Source: Candidatus Melainabacteria bacterium | Lineage (GTDB): Bacteria; Cyanobacteriota; Vampirovibrionia; Obscuribacterales; Obscuribacteraceae | DNA length: 64,000 nucleotides | Assembly (NCBI GenBank): GCA_003242885.1 | Contig: QKMZ01000015.1 | Span: forward strand, 269,568-333,567 | Reading direction: 5' to 3' | In this document: positions 16,411 through 26,045 of the stretch, piece by piece | How positions within the stretch are numbered: the stretch's first letter is position 1 | How the letters are laid out: every line of letters starts with the position of its first letter | Notes under the pieces: model-generated | What the model was told of the DNA's origin: nothing | The model's database searches: none | The model's input: the letters and a program-made list of their open reading frames with translations, nothing else | Program-made: the position numbers and the translations under genes

Positions 16411-17703
16411 TTAACTGACGACTTTGTCTTTCTTTGGTTCCCAGGTCGCTTGCTTCGTGGGCTGTACGGCAAGGTTGGAAACAGCAGGCAGGTCGTGAAT
16501 CGTCCTTTGGATTTGTCGTTTTGCTTGAGTCTTCCAACCGAATTTTTGGATGATTTCCGGCAAGCTCGAACCGCTCCATTGCCAGTGGTGTAGAGCAACG
16601 ATCGCTTGTTCTACTGACAGAGCGCCTTCATCGATCATTGCCTGGCAGCGCACCGCAATGTGCAGCGTGGCTTCGGATATTTGACCTGCGTTGAGAAGAA
16701 TTTCGTCAAACGGTTTGACCTTACGACCATCGTCGACAATCGCTCTTCTCAGAGCGTCGTCGCTGAGCAGTCCGGCGAGTTTGAGCAAGTCAACAAGTCC
16801 AATCAAGTTGGTTGTCTTGAACTGCGCTTTGCTGACTTCGCTCATGCAAGTTTCTGCAGTCCAACCGTGTTGGTGGATGAGGCCTAGTGCTTCGGATGCC
16901 TCTTCCGTGGTCATGTTTTCTGACCGTACCATCTCCTGCAAGCCCAGGGCTGCATCGAGAACGGCTTCGTTGATAAACCCTGATTGCATTAGAGCCTGTC
17001 CAATCAGCATATCGACCGACAGTGCGAATTCGAGGGCCGTGATCAAGTCGGTTTCGGAAACAACATCCGCCAAAACCAGCAGTTCGCCCAGGCGGATATT
17101 CGGTCTTTCCGGAAGTTTGTAACCGGCTGCCATGATCGCTGCGTCAAGGTTGAAGTCCTTGTCTTTTGCGCCTTTGAGGATGGTTACGGCATCGTCTCGC
17201 GCAATCTCTCCATCGCGAATGAGCGACTGCATTGTCAGTGCCGCTTGAACGACCGAGCTGCTGAGGAAGTTTTTCAAAACGAGAATGCGTCCCAGTGGCA
17301 AACCTAAGTGAGTACTGGTGTGCATTGCATCATCGACTTGTTTGCGCGAGATCAATTCTGCGCCGACTAGCAGGTCGCCCAGCTTGTTTGTGTTGTCGGT
17401 GACGTCTTCGAGTGCGCCCAGATATTCTAGAGAGTCGGTAAGACTCAATCTGCGAGCGGCTGCAACTTCAACTGCACGAACTGCTGTTTCCAGGGTGAGC
17501 AATTTGTCTCTCACCAACGATTGCGCAAGGATGGCGGCTTTGAGCGTGTCATTTCTAATGATGTCCAGCATCACCAGTACACGCCCAATGGGCAGCCCAC
17601 TTTGTCCGGACACCTTCATCGCGTTTGCGAGGTCCTCGACTGTGACGAGCTTGGCTCGTCTTAGGAGTTCGCCGATTAACATCGATTCGCCTGGTTTAAT
17701 CAT
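16411..17703 (-). CDS. protein made of four tandem MshEN/T2SSE_N-like helical repeats, with no ATPase domain
   Basis: 430 aa with four roughly 70-100-aa units:
- LIGELLRRAKLVTVEDLANAMKVSGQSGLPIGRVLVML...
- LGDLLVGAELISRKQVDDAMHTSTHLGLPLGRILVLK...
- LGELLVLADVVSETDLITALEF...
- LVDLLKLAGLLSDDALRRAI... Confidence 0.75.
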   Translation of the reverse strand: MIKPGESMLIGELLRRAKLVTVEDLANAMKVSGQSGLPIGRVLVMLDIIRNDTLKAAILAQSLVRDKLLTLETAVRAVEVAAARRLSLTDSLEYLGALEDVTDNTNKLGDLLVGAELISRKQVDDAMHTSTHLGLPLGRILVLKNFLSSSVVQAALTMQSLIRDGEIARDDAVTILKGAKDKDFNLDAAIMAAGYKLPERPNIRLGELLVLADVVSETDLITALEFALSVDMLIGQALMQSGFINEAVLDAALGLQEMVRSENMTTEEASEALGLIHQHGWTAETCMSEVSKAQFKTTNLIGLVDLLKLAGLLSDDALRRAIVDDGRKVKPFDEILLNAGQISEATLHIAVRCQAMIDEGALSVEQAIVALHHWQWSGSSLPEIIQKFGWKTQAKRQIQRTIHDLPAVSNLAVQPTKQATWEPKKDKVVS

Positions 17704-17908
17704 GTTCTACTCTTCCTGAGGGCACGGAGAGACAAAAGTTGCAACGCCAATCACTAAGGTCTTTAACGGTCGCCCGCATGACATTTAGGAATGGCACCCG
17801 ACATAAAAGCTGCAAAAATTGCAGACAGTGACCGTACTACAATCATGCGTGGCTGACGGCAACCCTCGGTATAGTTTTGCCTGTAATTCGTATAGGGGCT
17901 GCTTATAT

Positions 17909-18505
17909 TTAGGTGACGCTTTCGAGAGCGTTCTTCATTGCAATCGCTGCGCTATCAGTCGGATCTGCCTCGAGAGCACGTCTGACGCATTCTTTCGCGC
18001 CGTTGAAATCCAGGTCCATACCCTTGGCTGCAGCCAAGTGTAGCCATCCGTTGACGTAGTCGGGGTTTATTTCCAGAGCCCGGGAAAGCAAGTCCCGCGC
18101 CTCTTTAGTGAGATTTTCTTGTAGATAAAGTACAGACAAATTGCCATATGGCCATTCAAAGTCGGGAAATTCTCTTATAAGGGCTTTGAATGTTTCCTTG
18201 GCGCCCTCGCAGTCCCCCAGCGCCATCTGGTTAAAGCCTTCAATGTTTCGCTGTTCTGCTAAAAGGGGGACCGGAAACCGGGGAAGCTTGGTTTTGAGGA
18301 AACGACCGGCAGTTTTTGCTATTTCGGATTCAGGCTCGAGTTCTTGCGCGAAAAGTAGCGCATCTCTTGCCTGCTCGGTCCAACCCATGGACTTATATTT
18401 GATTCCCAGGTCGTAATATTCGGCGGCAGAAAGTCCTTCAGGGACTTCTCTTGGAGGTAGTTCCATATGTCTTCTTCCATGGGTGACCGGGTCTTCCCGA
18501 ACCAT
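17909..18505 (-). CDS. TPR repeat protein
   Basis: 198 aa with repeated 34-aa A/Y/L-patterned units (AEYYDLGIKYKSMGWTEQARDALLFAQEL...). Confidence 0.7.
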   Translation of the reverse strand: MVREDPVTHGRRHMELPPREVPEGLSAAEYYDLGIKYKSMGWTEQARDALLFAQELEPESEIAKTAGRFLKTKLPRFPVPLLAEQRNIEGFNQMALGDCEGAKETFKALIREFPDFEWPYGNLSVLYLQENLTKEARDLLSRALEINPDYVNGWLHLAAAKGMDLDFNGAKECVRRALEADPTDSAAIAMKNALESVT

Positions 18506-18563
18506 AATGTCAATTGTAATGTCTAAATAGACACTTTGGTCGTGTTCAGAATCTCTATCTGAC

Positions 18564-19010
18564 CTATAGCTCGATGGCGCTTGTTTTCACGATATATCGC
18601 AAACTTTTGCAAACCTCTTCCATCTGTTCTTCCTTTAAGCCTGGCTCGACCGGATAAGACATAATGCCGCGTCCACGAAAGTACCGGGGCAGGCTATCGG
18701 TGCGCGGGATTACGTGAACATGAAAATGCGGCACGGCTTCGCCCAGGGAAAACGTATAAATGCGCTCTGCGCCGGTCAGTTTTCGAATCAGTGACATGAC
18801 CTGCTTGAGCAATCCGCCGTAACCAGTCGCCTCCTCATCCGTCGCCTCTGTAAGGTCGAGGATGTGACGTCTTGCTTCGATGACAAGATAGCCAAGAATG
18901 TTGGTTTCGCGCGAATGCCTAACAACAAAGCTCTTGGTCTCGAGAATGATGTCTTGAGTGGGTTGCTCTTCTTGTCGTTTGCAAATCAAGCACTGGGCGT
19001 CTTTGGTCAT
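18564..19010 (-). CDS. HIT (histidine triad) family hydrolase
   Basis: Histidine triad HFHVHVIP. N-terminal CxxC-like CLIC. Confidence 0.85.
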   Translation of the reverse strand: MTKDAQCLICKRQEEQPTQDIILETKSFVVRHSRETNILGYLVIEARRHILDLTEATDEEATGYGGLLKQVMSLIRKLTGAERIYTFSLGEAVPHFHVHVIPRTDSLPRYFRGRGIMSYPVEPGLKEEQMEEVCKSLRYIVKTSAIEL

Positions 19011-19092
19011 CTGGGCATCCTTTTCGGGGCAGCGGAGACTCTATAATATGGGCTGCGCGACATATGTTAGATCGTCGGACAGAAGAAAAGAT

Positions 19093-20850
19093 ATGCTTAT
19101 TCGTTATCAAGAAGTTCGTTTGCCCAGGGTTTTCACACTGATACTACTGGCGGTGCTCTTCTGGACTGCATCCGGAAATCTGTCTGCATTTGCCGACGAA
19201 ATTACAAGCTTCGATGCCACCATTGAAGTTCAACCTGATGCATCGCTCGATGTTCGCGAAGATCTTACGGTAAAATTCGATACCCCAAACCGGCATGGCA
19301 TCAAGCGTTTTATTCCCGTAGTCTACGACCGCAAGCACAACAATTACACGATTGATCTTAAGTTGGTGGGAGTAGCGGGAACGGATGGGAAGTATGTTCC
19401 ATTCAAGACCAATCGGCAGGGCCGAGACTTTTTCATTATCATCGGCGATCCAAAGAAATCGGTTATGGGATTGCAGCAGTACCACATCCATTACACGGTT
19501 CGGCGCGCCATCAACTTCTTCGATGATGCTCCGGAAATTTACTGGAACGTGACCGGCAACGAATCACATATGCCGATTGATAAAGTGGTGGCGCGGGTGA
19601 TGTTTCCACCGGTTGCCCAGAAAGGCGAAATTCTAGCTAAAGCCTTTATCGGAGAAGAAGGTTCTACAAAAACTTCACCTTATTCTCTGGAGTTAGGAAG
19701 CGCTACTTTTACTTGTGGAAAGCTCGAACCTGGCGAAGGTTTGACAGTCGTGGTCGGCTTGCCTGCAGGACACGTCAACAAGCCTACTGAGTGGCAGGAG
19801 TTTCTCTACCTCGCTGCTGACTGGTGGCCGCTTGTGGTTTTGCCTGCGATTACACTTTCGGTATGTTTCAACATGTGGTGGTTTTTGGGGCGTGATGCTG
19901 GGAAGCGTCAGGCTGTTGCCGTCGACTGGGAACCGCCTAAAGACTTGTCTCCGGCTGAAGTCGGCACTCTTGTAGACGAGACATGCGACCTATCCGATAT
20001 GGTTTCGACGGTTGTTGATTTGGCTGCCAGAGGATATTTGACGATACGCGAGTTTAAGACTGAGTCGCTTTTCTTCTTGCGCAACAAGGACTACGAATTC
20101 ACCAGGCTGCCTCACAATGAGCGGCAGGACAAGTCTCCGCTCAATTCATTCGAGCAATTATTTCTCAATGCGCTGTTCAAGAAAGGTTACTTTCAGACAG
20201 ATACGGTGCGCCTTTCTGACTTGAAATATAAGTTCTACCTTGAGATGAGGCAGATCGAAAAAGGTATTTATCAATCGCTTATCAACAAAGGAATGTTTTT
20301 GCAAAGTCCTGAAGAGGTGAGACAGAGCTGGATTTGCATCGGTGTCATTATGTTCATTCTCTCGTTTGTTTTAGGGCCCATTCAATCGTCTTACGGGCTA
20401 GGAATGATATTTTCCTCGATTATCGTTTTTTGCTTCTCACGGACCATGCCCGCGCGCACGCGTAAGGGGTGCGAGGCACTTTATCAATGTCTCGGATTTC
20501 AGCGATTCGTCAAACTGGCTGAGAAGGAAAGAATCAAAAAGCTTGTCACGGATGATCCGACAATCTTCGGGCGTTTGCTGCCTTATGCCATGGTCTTGGG
20601 TGCAGCAGACCAGTGGGCAGAAGCCTTTAAAGATCTAGTTGTCTCGCCGCCCGACTGGTACATCTCGAGTGGCTCGAGATTTCAAACTTACTCATTCGTG
20701 CGTGACATTGGAGACAGCACACGCACAATGGGGCAAACATTTACCTCCATGCCATCATCATCATCTTCCTCGGCCGGCTCGGGTGGCAGCGGATTTAGTG
20801 GTGGTTCTTCCGGCGGGGGCTTTGGCGGTGGGGGAACAAGCAGTTGGTGA
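19093..20850 (+). CDS. DUF2207 family membrane protein (paralog 1)
   Basis: - Signal-like N-terminus.
- ITSFDATIEVQPDASLDVREDLTVKFDTPNRHGIKRFIP.
- Internal TM helices.
- Gly-rich C-terminal tail ending GGGFGGGGTSSW.
- Clear paralog of 58926..60740.
- Start taken at ATG 19093 (ORF opens at 18958). Confidence 0.8.
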   Translation: MLIRYQEVRLPRVFTLILLAVLFWTASGNLSAFADEITSFDATIEVQPDASLDVREDLTVKFDTPNRHGIKRFIPVVYDRKHNNYTIDLKLVGVAGTDGKYVPFKTNRQGRDFFIIIGDPKKSVMGLQQYHIHYTVRRAINFFDDAPEIYWNVTGNESHMPIDKVVARVMFPPVAQKGEILAKAFIGEEGSTKTSPYSLELGSATFTCGKLEPGEGLTVVVGLPAGHVNKPTEWQEFLYLAADWWPLVVLPAITLSVCFNMWWFLGRDAGKRQAVAVDWEPPKDLSPAEVGTLVDETCDLSDMVSTVVDLAARGYLTIREFKTESLFFLRNKDYEFTRLPHNERQDKSPLNSFEQLFLNALFKKGYFQTDTVRLSDLKYKFYLEMRQIEKGIYQSLINKGMFLQSPEEVRQSWICIGVIMFILSFVLGPIQSSYGLGMIFSSIIVFCFSRTMPARTRKGCEALYQCLGFQRFVKLAEKERIKKLVTDDPTIFGRLLPYAMVLGAADQWAEAFKDLVVSPPDWYISSGSRFQTYSFVRDIGDSTRTMGQTFTSMPSSSSSSAGSGGSGFSGGSSGGGFGGGGTSSW

Positions 20851-21118
20851 CTTTATCAGCCTGAAAAACCACCCAACATGCGGAAATTTCACCAAATTTA
20901 TCGGCAGCTTTTTGGAGCTTCGATTGTCGAAAAGATGCGCAAACGCCCTCTGCTGGCTGGATAGCGGGATTGTTGGGTGCTGCGAAGGTGGGATGTCAGT
21001 GTTTTTGAGCATTGTTTAGAAAGTCCCAGTAAGATGGAAAAAAGGCTATAGCCCTGTGGGATTTGACCGATCCCCGGAAGGAAGCATGGACGTTTGCGGT
21101 TAGGAGCGCTTAGTAACG

Positions 21119-22144
21119 ATGGTGATAGAAAGAGAACTACCGAAGTTAAAGGCCAGATACAAATGGAGTCTTGCACTCTTGTCTCTGGGATTGGCATTTA
21201 TGCCATCGGCATTTGCGCAGGACGAAGGTCCTTCGGTGACCTTGATGAAGTATGTCGGCAAAGCGCAGGAAGCAATGCGCGCCGGTCGCAATCAGGAAGC
21301 TCGCGATGAGTTTCGCAAAGCAATCGGTTTGGCACCGAAAACGCCAGAGTATTACATCGGCTTGTCCGATGCTTGCTACGCAATGAAGGAATACGATCAA
21401 GTCGCATTTGCCTTGCAGAAGGTTATAGAACTAAATCCAGCTATGAAAGACGAGTGCTCCGGCGAATACGGCGAAGCACTTTTTCATTTGGGACGCTATG
21501 ACGAAGCAGTTCCTTATTTGAAAGCAGGACTTAAATATATCGATTCGCCTGCTGCTAAGGCTAGAAGAACGGCAATTGCTTCGGCTCCTCCGGTTTCAAT
21601 TCCCTCGACGCCTCCACCCTCGGTATTAAGTGCTGCGGCATCGACCCAGCCACACGATACAAAACCGATACCTCTGGCAACAGAAAATCCGGCATCAGCA
21701 GAGGGGTGGCACTCAATCGCTACCAAGCATCACGAAGTCGATATCAATAAAGCAAACCAAACTTTGGCTGGTGCGATTCGTTGCGAAGGCATCGTGATTG
21801 CCGAGTATCAGGGCTATGAGAAGAGTGATAACATCAACTTCTTCCATCCACCCAAAGCAAAATTCAGAATCACCAAAATCTTGAAGGGACCGCCCCTCAA
21901 CAAAGATCTGCCTGTTCGCTACGAGTTCAAAGAGCGTTCTTCGACCTCTGGTGCGCCTGCAGGTTGGAAATTCTCAGATGACAAAATGCCCGCGAAAGGC
22001 AGCCCCTGGATTATCTTCCTTGAGTGGTGCACGCCGCGCGATGGAATGTTTGACACTTACGAAGGATCGTTCGGCAGATTGCCCGCCGATGACGAAAACC
22101 TGAACAAAGTGTATGCGGAGCTCGAGAAGCACAGCAACCGCTAG
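21119..22144 (+). CDS. secreted TPR-containing protein
   Basis: Signal peptide ending AFA-QD, TPR-like units in the N-terminal half, and an unknown C-terminal domain. Confidence 0.65.
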   Translation: MVIERELPKLKARYKWSLALLSLGLAFMPSAFAQDEGPSVTLMKYVGKAQEAMRAGRNQEARDEFRKAIGLAPKTPEYYIGLSDACYAMKEYDQVAFALQKVIELNPAMKDECSGEYGEALFHLGRYDEAVPYLKAGLKYIDSPAAKARRTAIASAPPVSIPSTPPPSVLSAAASTQPHDTKPIPLATENPASAEGWHSIATKHHEVDINKANQTLAGAIRCEGIVIAEYQGYEKSDNINFFHPPKAKFRITKILKGPPLNKDLPVRYEFKERSSTSGAPAGWKFSDDKMPAKGSPWIIFLEWCTPRDGMFDTYEGSFGRLPADDENLNKVYAELEKHSNR

Positions 22145-22191
22145 CCATTGCTGAGCAGTTTCTTCTGATTTGAATTTGGAGGTTTTGTAAA

Positions 22192-22689
22192 ATGATTTTT
22201 CCAGCCCGTCCCCTCAGCCTTGGACTAGCGCTGGCGCTCAGCGTCTCGACACTCTTGGTCGGCAATGCTTCGTACGCCCAAAACAGCAAAAAAGTTGAAT
22301 GGCATCGTTGCCTTATCTCGATCTACAAGTCCAAAAACCAAGTGCCTCAAGCATGCGAAGAGTATGCTGCGCTTGTAAATCTTGATCCAAAGGATGCACA
22401 GGTTCGCTTCGAATATGGTGCCTACCTTCATAAGATGGGTCGAGTCAAAGACGCCATTGTTCAGTATCGCAAGGCAGCAGATATGAATCCTTCCAATCCT
22501 GACTATCAGGGCGCGGTTGGTGATGCTCTCGTCTCCTTGAAAGACTATTCGAGCGCGGTAGCGTACTATCAGAAAGCTGGTCCGAAATATGCAGGCAAGC
22601 TGTCTACGACTGCTGCGTACGTTCAACAGCTCCGACAAATCAATCAGTACAATGCTGAAATCAAAAAGCGCGCTGCTGAAGACGAATAG
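22192..22689 (+). CDS. secreted TPR repeat protein
   Basis: Signal peptide (LALALSVSTLLVGNASYA) followed by three or four TPR units. Confidence 0.7.
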   Translation: MIFPARPLSLGLALALSVSTLLVGNASYAQNSKKVEWHRCLISIYKSKNQVPQACEEYAALVNLDPKDAQVRFEYGAYLHKMGRVKDAIVQYRKAADMNPSNPDYQGAVGDALVSLKDYSSAVAYYQKAGPKYAGKLSTTAAYVQQLRQINQYNAEIKKRAAEDE

Positions 22690-22717
22690 TCGATATAAAC
22701 GTAGCAGCATATGATTT

Positions 22718-22747
22718 AAACGGGCGGCAGATTGTCGCCCGTTTTTG
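22718..22747 (+). terminator. intrinsic terminator after the TPR gene
   Basis: Perfect 9-bp stem AAACGGGCG/CGCCCGTTT with a 9-nt loop, running into a T-tract, 29 nt after the stop codon. Confidence 0.65.
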
Positions 22748-22874
22748 ATTGACATGCGCACGTACTGCGTCCATGCAAAATGTAAAACGGGTCCGAGCTA
22801 CGCGTAAAACGCGTCCTATTTGCGCGCGCCAACCCATCCGAGCCACACGCGAACACGTTTTACAGGTCATGCAC

Positions 22875-24947
22875 TTACGGTGTCGCTGTGCTCTTCTCCG
22901 GGTTTGGCTGATGGCTCAGGATGATTCGATTGCGCCCTTGTTTTTTCGCTTCATACAGACGTGCGTCAGCCGTCTGAATCAGCTCGTAAATCGACTCTCC
23001 ATCCTCCGGGTAGCTGGCCATCCCGCCGGAGAAGCTGCATTTGAATTCTTGCCCATCGTCACCGGTGAAAACCATCTCTCGGAATTCTGCAAGCACTCTA
23101 TTGATAGCAGCGTGCATGGTTTCTTTTGATTCACGTCTGAATCCCAGAATGAATTCTTCTCCGCCCCAACGACCGCGTAGATCTTCTACTCTAAAACGCC
23201 GTGCCAGAAGCTGACCCAGCCCGGTGAGAACTTTGTCGCCAGCAAGGTGTCCGTAGGTGTCGTTGACATTTTTGAACTTGTCCACATCGAGCAGACAAAT
23301 CGTAAAAACTGATTTGTTGCGTTGCCCGTCCGCGAGCAGTTGAGCGAGCTGCTCTGAGAATGCTCTTCTCAAGAGCAATCCCGTGATCGTGTCTTTGTCT
23401 GATCTGTCTTTCAGCATACGCGCGCGATCGAGTCTGACCTTGACGCGAGTAAGCAGCTCTTCGTTGACCACCGGCTTGGGAAGGTAATCATCGCCGCCTG
23501 AGCGGAATGCTTCCAATCTGTTTTCCACACCGGTTTGTCCTGTGAGGAAGACAATCGGCAGATCTTGCCAGCGCGGAATCTGGCGCAGCATGCGGCAAAC
23601 CTCGAAGCCTGTGATACCAGGCATCATGACGTCGAGCAGAAGCAATTCCGGCGGGAAATCTTGCATTACTTCCAAAATTTTGTTCGGATCTGTGAGAATG
23701 CGCACGACTACGCCCTCATTGCGAAGAATGAGCGCAATGGTGTTGGCAAAAAACTCGTCGTCATCGACGAGCAAAATGCGCGGTCTTCCACCGGTGCGAA
23801 TTGCTACCAGGTGTTCGACAGCTTTCTCCAAAGAGTCAGATTCGAGCGGTTTATCTAAGTAAAGCGACGCGCCTGCGTGTGCTGCTTCAACACGATCTTT
23901 GACGAGCGCGTTGCCGGAAATAAATGCTAATGGAAGGGTTTCATATCCGGGCAAATTTCTGAGTTCTCGTGCCAGTTTGAATGACTCATCAGGCACTTCA
24001 GCATGCACATTTATCAGGGCCGCATCCAAGGGCAGGATGCAAGCGCGATCTAGTGCTTCTCTAAAAGTTTTGGCACGAACGATCTCCACGAGCCTTTGTT
24101 TGCCCAGTTCTTCAACGATATCCAAAAATCCGTCGTCCGAATCGACGACAAGAATTCTGGCCATCGATGCTGGCGCTTCCTCGCTTTGTCCTTCCTCTTC
24201 TTTTGCATTGACTACTGAAGCGACATCCTGAGCCTCTTTTTCTCCGAGAATTTTGGCGTCAGCCAATTTGCGATCTACGTCAGCCCAGATGGACATTTGC
24301 TCGCTGGCTGGCTTTTCATGCATGGTGGCAGCAGCGTGCTCAATGAAGAGCATACATTCGCTTACTTGTCTGAATCCCAGAGAGCCGCCTGTACCCTTGA
24401 TTTTGTGCGCTTGCGAACGAACTTCCGCCAATAGGGAAGCATCTTCCGGATCTTCTTTTGACTTGTTGATTGCAACTGCAAGGTCTTCCAGTTTTGATGG
24501 CAACATGCGCGCGTATTTTGAAACGAGCGCTAAGAACATCGTCTCGAAATCTTTGAGCTTACTGGACTGCGGGTCTTCGGGGCTGAGCTTGCCTTCCAAT
24601 TGAGCGCCGAAAACGAAAGGAATCACTGGCTTGTTAACTGCAAGCACGACTCCTAGTTCGCGCTCTAGGCGTTCGCGATTGGCGTGCAATTCTGGCTGTG
24701 ACGCCGCGATAAAAGTAACCGGAATCTTGTTGCCGGTTGCTCGCAAAGCTGTGAGCCAATCAAAGCAATTGTCGTCCGGCAAAGGTGCGCCAAGGAGCAC
24801 CATATCCAGATTCTCTTTCTGGATGACGCCTTTGCCTTCTTTGCCGCTCTCGACCTGAATAACCTTATGACCACGCCCTTCAAGCACAGGCACAATCAGC
24901 TTGCAGAATGATTTATCCTGTTCGACTAGAAGGATGTTTTTTCCCAT
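22875..24947 (-). CDS. multi-domain response regulator / diguanylate cyclase (pseudoREC-Hpt-pseudoREC-REC-GGDEF)
   Basis: - REC1 has the acceptor position changed (DMVLLGAPLP).
- Hpt motif AHKIKGTGGSLGF.
- REC2 is also changed (LDAALINVHAEVP).
- REC3 is canonical (LLLLDVMMPGITG...LPKPV).
- GGDEF domain with GGEEF, and an RVED I-site five residues upstream. Confidence 0.85.
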   Translation of the reverse strand: MGKNILLVEQDKSFCKLIVPVLEGRGHKVIQVESGKEGKGVIQKENLDMVLLGAPLPDDNCFDWLTALRATGNKIPVTFIAASQPELHANRERLERELGVVLAVNKPVIPFVFGAQLEGKLSPEDPQSSKLKDFETMFLALVSKYARMLPSKLEDLAVAINKSKEDPEDASLLAEVRSQAHKIKGTGGSLGFRQVSECMLFIEHAAATMHEKPASEQMSIWADVDRKLADAKILGEKEAQDVASVVNAKEEEGQSEEAPASMARILVVDSDDGFLDIVEELGKQRLVEIVRAKTFREALDRACILPLDAALINVHAEVPDESFKLARELRNLPGYETLPLAFISGNALVKDRVEAAHAGASLYLDKPLESDSLEKAVEHLVAIRTGGRPRILLVDDDEFFANTIALILRNEGVVVRILTDPNKILEVMQDFPPELLLLDVMMPGITGFEVCRMLRQIPRWQDLPIVFLTGQTGVENRLEAFRSGGDDYLPKPVVNEELLTRVKVRLDRARMLKDRSDKDTITGLLLRRAFSEQLAQLLADGQRNKSVFTICLLDVDKFKNVNDTYGHLAGDKVLTGLGQLLARRFRVEDLRGRWGGEEFILGFRRESKETMHAAINRVLAEFREMVFTGDDGQEFKCSFSGGMASYPEDGESIYELIQTADARLYEAKKQGRNRIILSHQPNPEKSTATP

Positions 24948-25063
24948 GAATACCGGGCCCTTGCGCGCTTCCCTGTCTCAAAGTATACCCAGCTTGGCTC
25001 CATCCTCTACGAAACGTCGAACAAGCGCTCAAAAAGACAGGTTTATTAACCGGAGAATGTTTC

Positions 25064-26026
25064 TTATCCAACTTGGCTAATGCTGATTGTTAACTGGTTT
25101 CGAGCCGGCACACCACGTACTTGAACCTTGACAGGCTGATAAAATCCCCAGGGCTCCCCGGCGTATCCGACAGGAGCGACGACCGTAATTTCGGTAGGTG
25201 AAACGCTCACGATTTGGCATTGCAGCGGACCAACATAGACAGAAATGTCCGACTGATTTGGTGAAAAACCTTCCCCGTAGATTGTGAATTGACTGCCCGG
25301 CGGCACCCAGCTGGCGCTCAGGCTGCTGAGATAGGGATAGCTAGCGACAGTCGCTGCCAGTGTCCCTGCTTCCATTCCGCCCACTGATACGCTCACCTTT
25401 GAGCTGCTGCTATCGGCGTAATCGGGCACTTGCACGATCAATTTGTCCGATGACGCTGACAGGCAGCGCGCTCGGTGGGTGCCGAACATGACGACGTTAG
25501 CATCCGGATCGCTGGAAAAATTGCTGCCGAGAATGGTGACCGAATGACCTGGGCTGACCTGGCTCGGATTGAGGCTGGTGACTGTCGGCTGATTTGTCGT
25601 CAGCTTCCAGCTGAATGTGGAACCGCGCTGACCTCCCGCTGTGATCAACATTTGATTTCCGCCCCAAGTCAGCTCACCTGTAACATCTACACTCAAGCTG
25701 CGCTTTCCGCCGAATTCATTTTCAGATACGAAGTGCATCGTCGGTGATGCGATGCGCAACCATTTGAATCCAGGCGCGCTGGCAGAGCCATTGTAGTAAG
25801 TCAGTGTCAGCTGAAGTTTTTCTTGTCCCTTTTGCAAGTTGATCGTTTCTGTGATGCGCTGAATCTGATTGTTGGGTGCAACCATTGGCTGTGACTGCGC
25901 AAGCACAACTTCATCTGCATGCGCGGCACATGGGAAAAGTGTGGAGACGAATAACGCCATTGCGGGCAGCGCCTTGATAGCAATACTTCGATATATAGAA
26001 AACTTAAAGCACGTCGATAAGTTCAA
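25064..26026 (-). CDS. secreted protein with two IPT/TIG-like domains
   Basis: Signal peptide ending AHA-DE. Also PTVTSLNPSQVSPGHSVTILGSNFSS...VMFG and LSSLSASWVPPGSQFTIYGEGFSP...VYVG. Confidence 0.6.
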   Translation of the reverse strand: MNLSTCFKFSIYRSIAIKALPAMALFVSTLFPCAAHADEVVLAQSQPMVAPNNQIQRITETINLQKGQEKLQLTLTYYNGSASAPGFKWLRIASPTMHFVSENEFGGKRSLSVDVTGELTWGGNQMLITAGGQRGSTFSWKLTTNQPTVTSLNPSQVSPGHSVTILGSNFSSDPDANVVMFGTHRARCLSASSDKLIVQVPDYADSSSSKVSVSVGGMEAGTLAATVASYPYLSSLSASWVPPGSQFTIYGEGFSPNQSDISVYVGPLQCQIVSVSPTEITVVAPVGYAGEPWGFYQPVKVQVRGVPARNQLTISISQVG

Positions 26027-26045
26027 AATTTCAACCCCATTTGAT

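Noticed and set aside
22225-22761. 178-aa minus-strand ORF.
   Set aside because: It is antisense to the secreted TPR gene 22192..22689 and runs through that gene's terminator hairpin.
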